NCBI GenBank assembly: GCA_039545335.1
Contig: BCIN01000001.1
Span: forward strand, 1,671,129 to 1,735,128
Length of the DNA stretch: 64,000 nucleotides
Reading direction: 5' to 3'
Origin: Kondoa subrosea
Lineage: Eukaryota
Part shown: in pieces, positions 62,660 to 64,000 of the stretch
Layout of the letters: the number at the start of each line of letters is the position of its first letter
Position numbering within the stretch: the first letter of the stretch is position 1
Translations under genes and position numbers: made by a program
Notes under the pieces: model-generated
Told to the model about the DNA's origin: nothing
Databases searched by the model: none
The model's input: the letters and a program-made list of their open reading frames with translations, nothing else

Positions 62660-64000
62660 ATGAGACGTGCTGTTGATCCCACCTTGAACAATATCGACGC
62701 TCTATTGCTCACGGATGCTCAAATTGCTACATTGGGTGTGAGCGAATGCAGCGCTTTCATTGAACAATTGGATCAACAACTCGTAACAAGTTTGCAAGCT
62801 ACGGATGCCAATTTCGTTAGAGCTACAAGAACAGTAACGGAAAAGATCTTACCTGCAGTAGAACAGTATGGAGAAGCCAGTCGAGAGATTTGGCAAAGTG
62901 TCAAAGTGAATCCTTTCATGCGAAACCCATAGAATGGTCAGAAGCTCATACGCAGTTGAAAAGCTCTGGAAAGCTTTCTTTGAGGCTGCTGCTGGTATTC
63001 GATTAGCTGAACCAAGATGGGCTGCCGACGCGCAGGAGCAAGACAATGATCAGGAAGGTAACGAGACTCAAGCTTCTGGTAAAGGCTACCAAGATATGAG
63101 TGATGTGACACTACAAGCAGTCAATACTTCCGATCAATCTTCTTCCTCTGCTTCTTCCACACCGTCTACAAGTCGAGGTACACCACCACCTTCTACCAGG
63201 CCTAAAGCGAAACAGGTTCCCTCTTGGTCGGACGATGCTTCCGCTTTCGAATTGCTACAGCAAGATATGGAGTCTGAATTCGGTCTATCAAACGTCAATT
63301 CACCAATTCATGATTCAAGACAAGGCAGTCGACTAAGAGATCTCAGTATGGACTCACCTGATATCGTTCGCCCTGAACTAGAAACGTTGTCTTTGGGTGA
63401 TTTGAGTAAAGGCAAAGGAAGAGAAGAAGTAGATGACTCGCCGATCAAAGCAGCTCGACAAAGTTTAGCTGCCAAAGCAACAGCTGCAGCAAGAAAATCA
63501 AGCAGTAATACCATGCTCTTACAAAAAGTACTTCAACGTAATGCAGCTCAAGGTCCAACAGCCTCTACTCCAGCTTTGAACCGAATTGCAACATCAACCC
63601 CTTTTTCCATACCTCAGAACTGGGATGGATTAGCAGATCTGTCCCGAACTTCCTTGGATCCTTACCATGAATCGCCTTTCCCAAATTTACCTCGAGCTCG
63701 GTCATTAGAAGATTCAGACGCAGCTATTTCTTTCCCATCCATGGTACATTTTTCTGTCAATCGAGCAGGCTTAAGCAAAACACCAGCCAAAGAAGCAGCT
63801 AAACTAGTAACAAGAGATGTATTAGAAACGGCTGCTATGAGAATGGATAATGGTGGAATGATTGATTCACCTATTATTGAACCTCCAAGCGTTATGAAGA
63901 ATTGGCATACCAGAAATTATGGTGGAATGCTCACTCAATCTCCTCTGCCAAAACAACCTGTTTTCTTACCTCCATCGAAACCTGCTACTGCTGCTCCTTT
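62660..64000 (+). CDS. ASK1: DASH/Dam1 complex subunit Ask1 (3' partial)
   Basis: IEQLDQQLVTSLQATDANF..VTEKILPAVEQYGEASREIWQSVK-LWKAFFEAAAGIRL is the DASH_Ask1 pattern, followed by a disordered S/TP-rich tail. Confidence 0.88.

Noticed and set aside
1..64000. CRISPR arrays, prophage or other prokaryotic systems; stop-codon readthrough (TGA-CTA) producing peroxisomal tails
   Set aside because: The DNA is eukaryotic and intron-rich with no repeat-spacer arrays, and the gene ends I inspected showed no TGA-CTA context.

Overview
Compact, intron-rich fungal genomic DNA. Introns are mostly 50-60 nt, donor sites are degenerate and microexons are common, which suggests a basidiomycete, possibly Pucciniomycotina (inference). 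About 22 protein-coding genes are recognisable. In order: CCH1 Ca2+ channel (5' partial), an M50B-like membrane peptidase, eIF3a, a Ca3427-like periplasmic-binding-fold protein, ARC35, an F-box-like protein, RPN13, RAD50, an OSCA/CSC1-family channel, PalA/RIM20, GAL7, cytosolic LeuRS, MET1, DUG2, two tandem secreted paralogs, a BRCT + pRiA4b-ORF3-like protein, MED22, a type I DnaJ, TMA46, NEDD8, an XLF-like protein and ASK1 (3' partial). The most striking structure is a ~1.35 kb inverted repeat (36049-~37400 and ~42665-44058) that brackets the LeuRS gene. Each arm carries an identical, outward-facing U1 snRNA gene with an atypical U1A-binding loop, so the segment is potentially invertible. The second highlight is a 313-nt first intron in the binding-protein gene that holds a 21-nt stop-containing microexon enclosed in a strand-specific hairpin, a candidate structure-controlled splicing switch. 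All gene models were assembled by eye from ORF fragments and splice signals, and no database searches were run.
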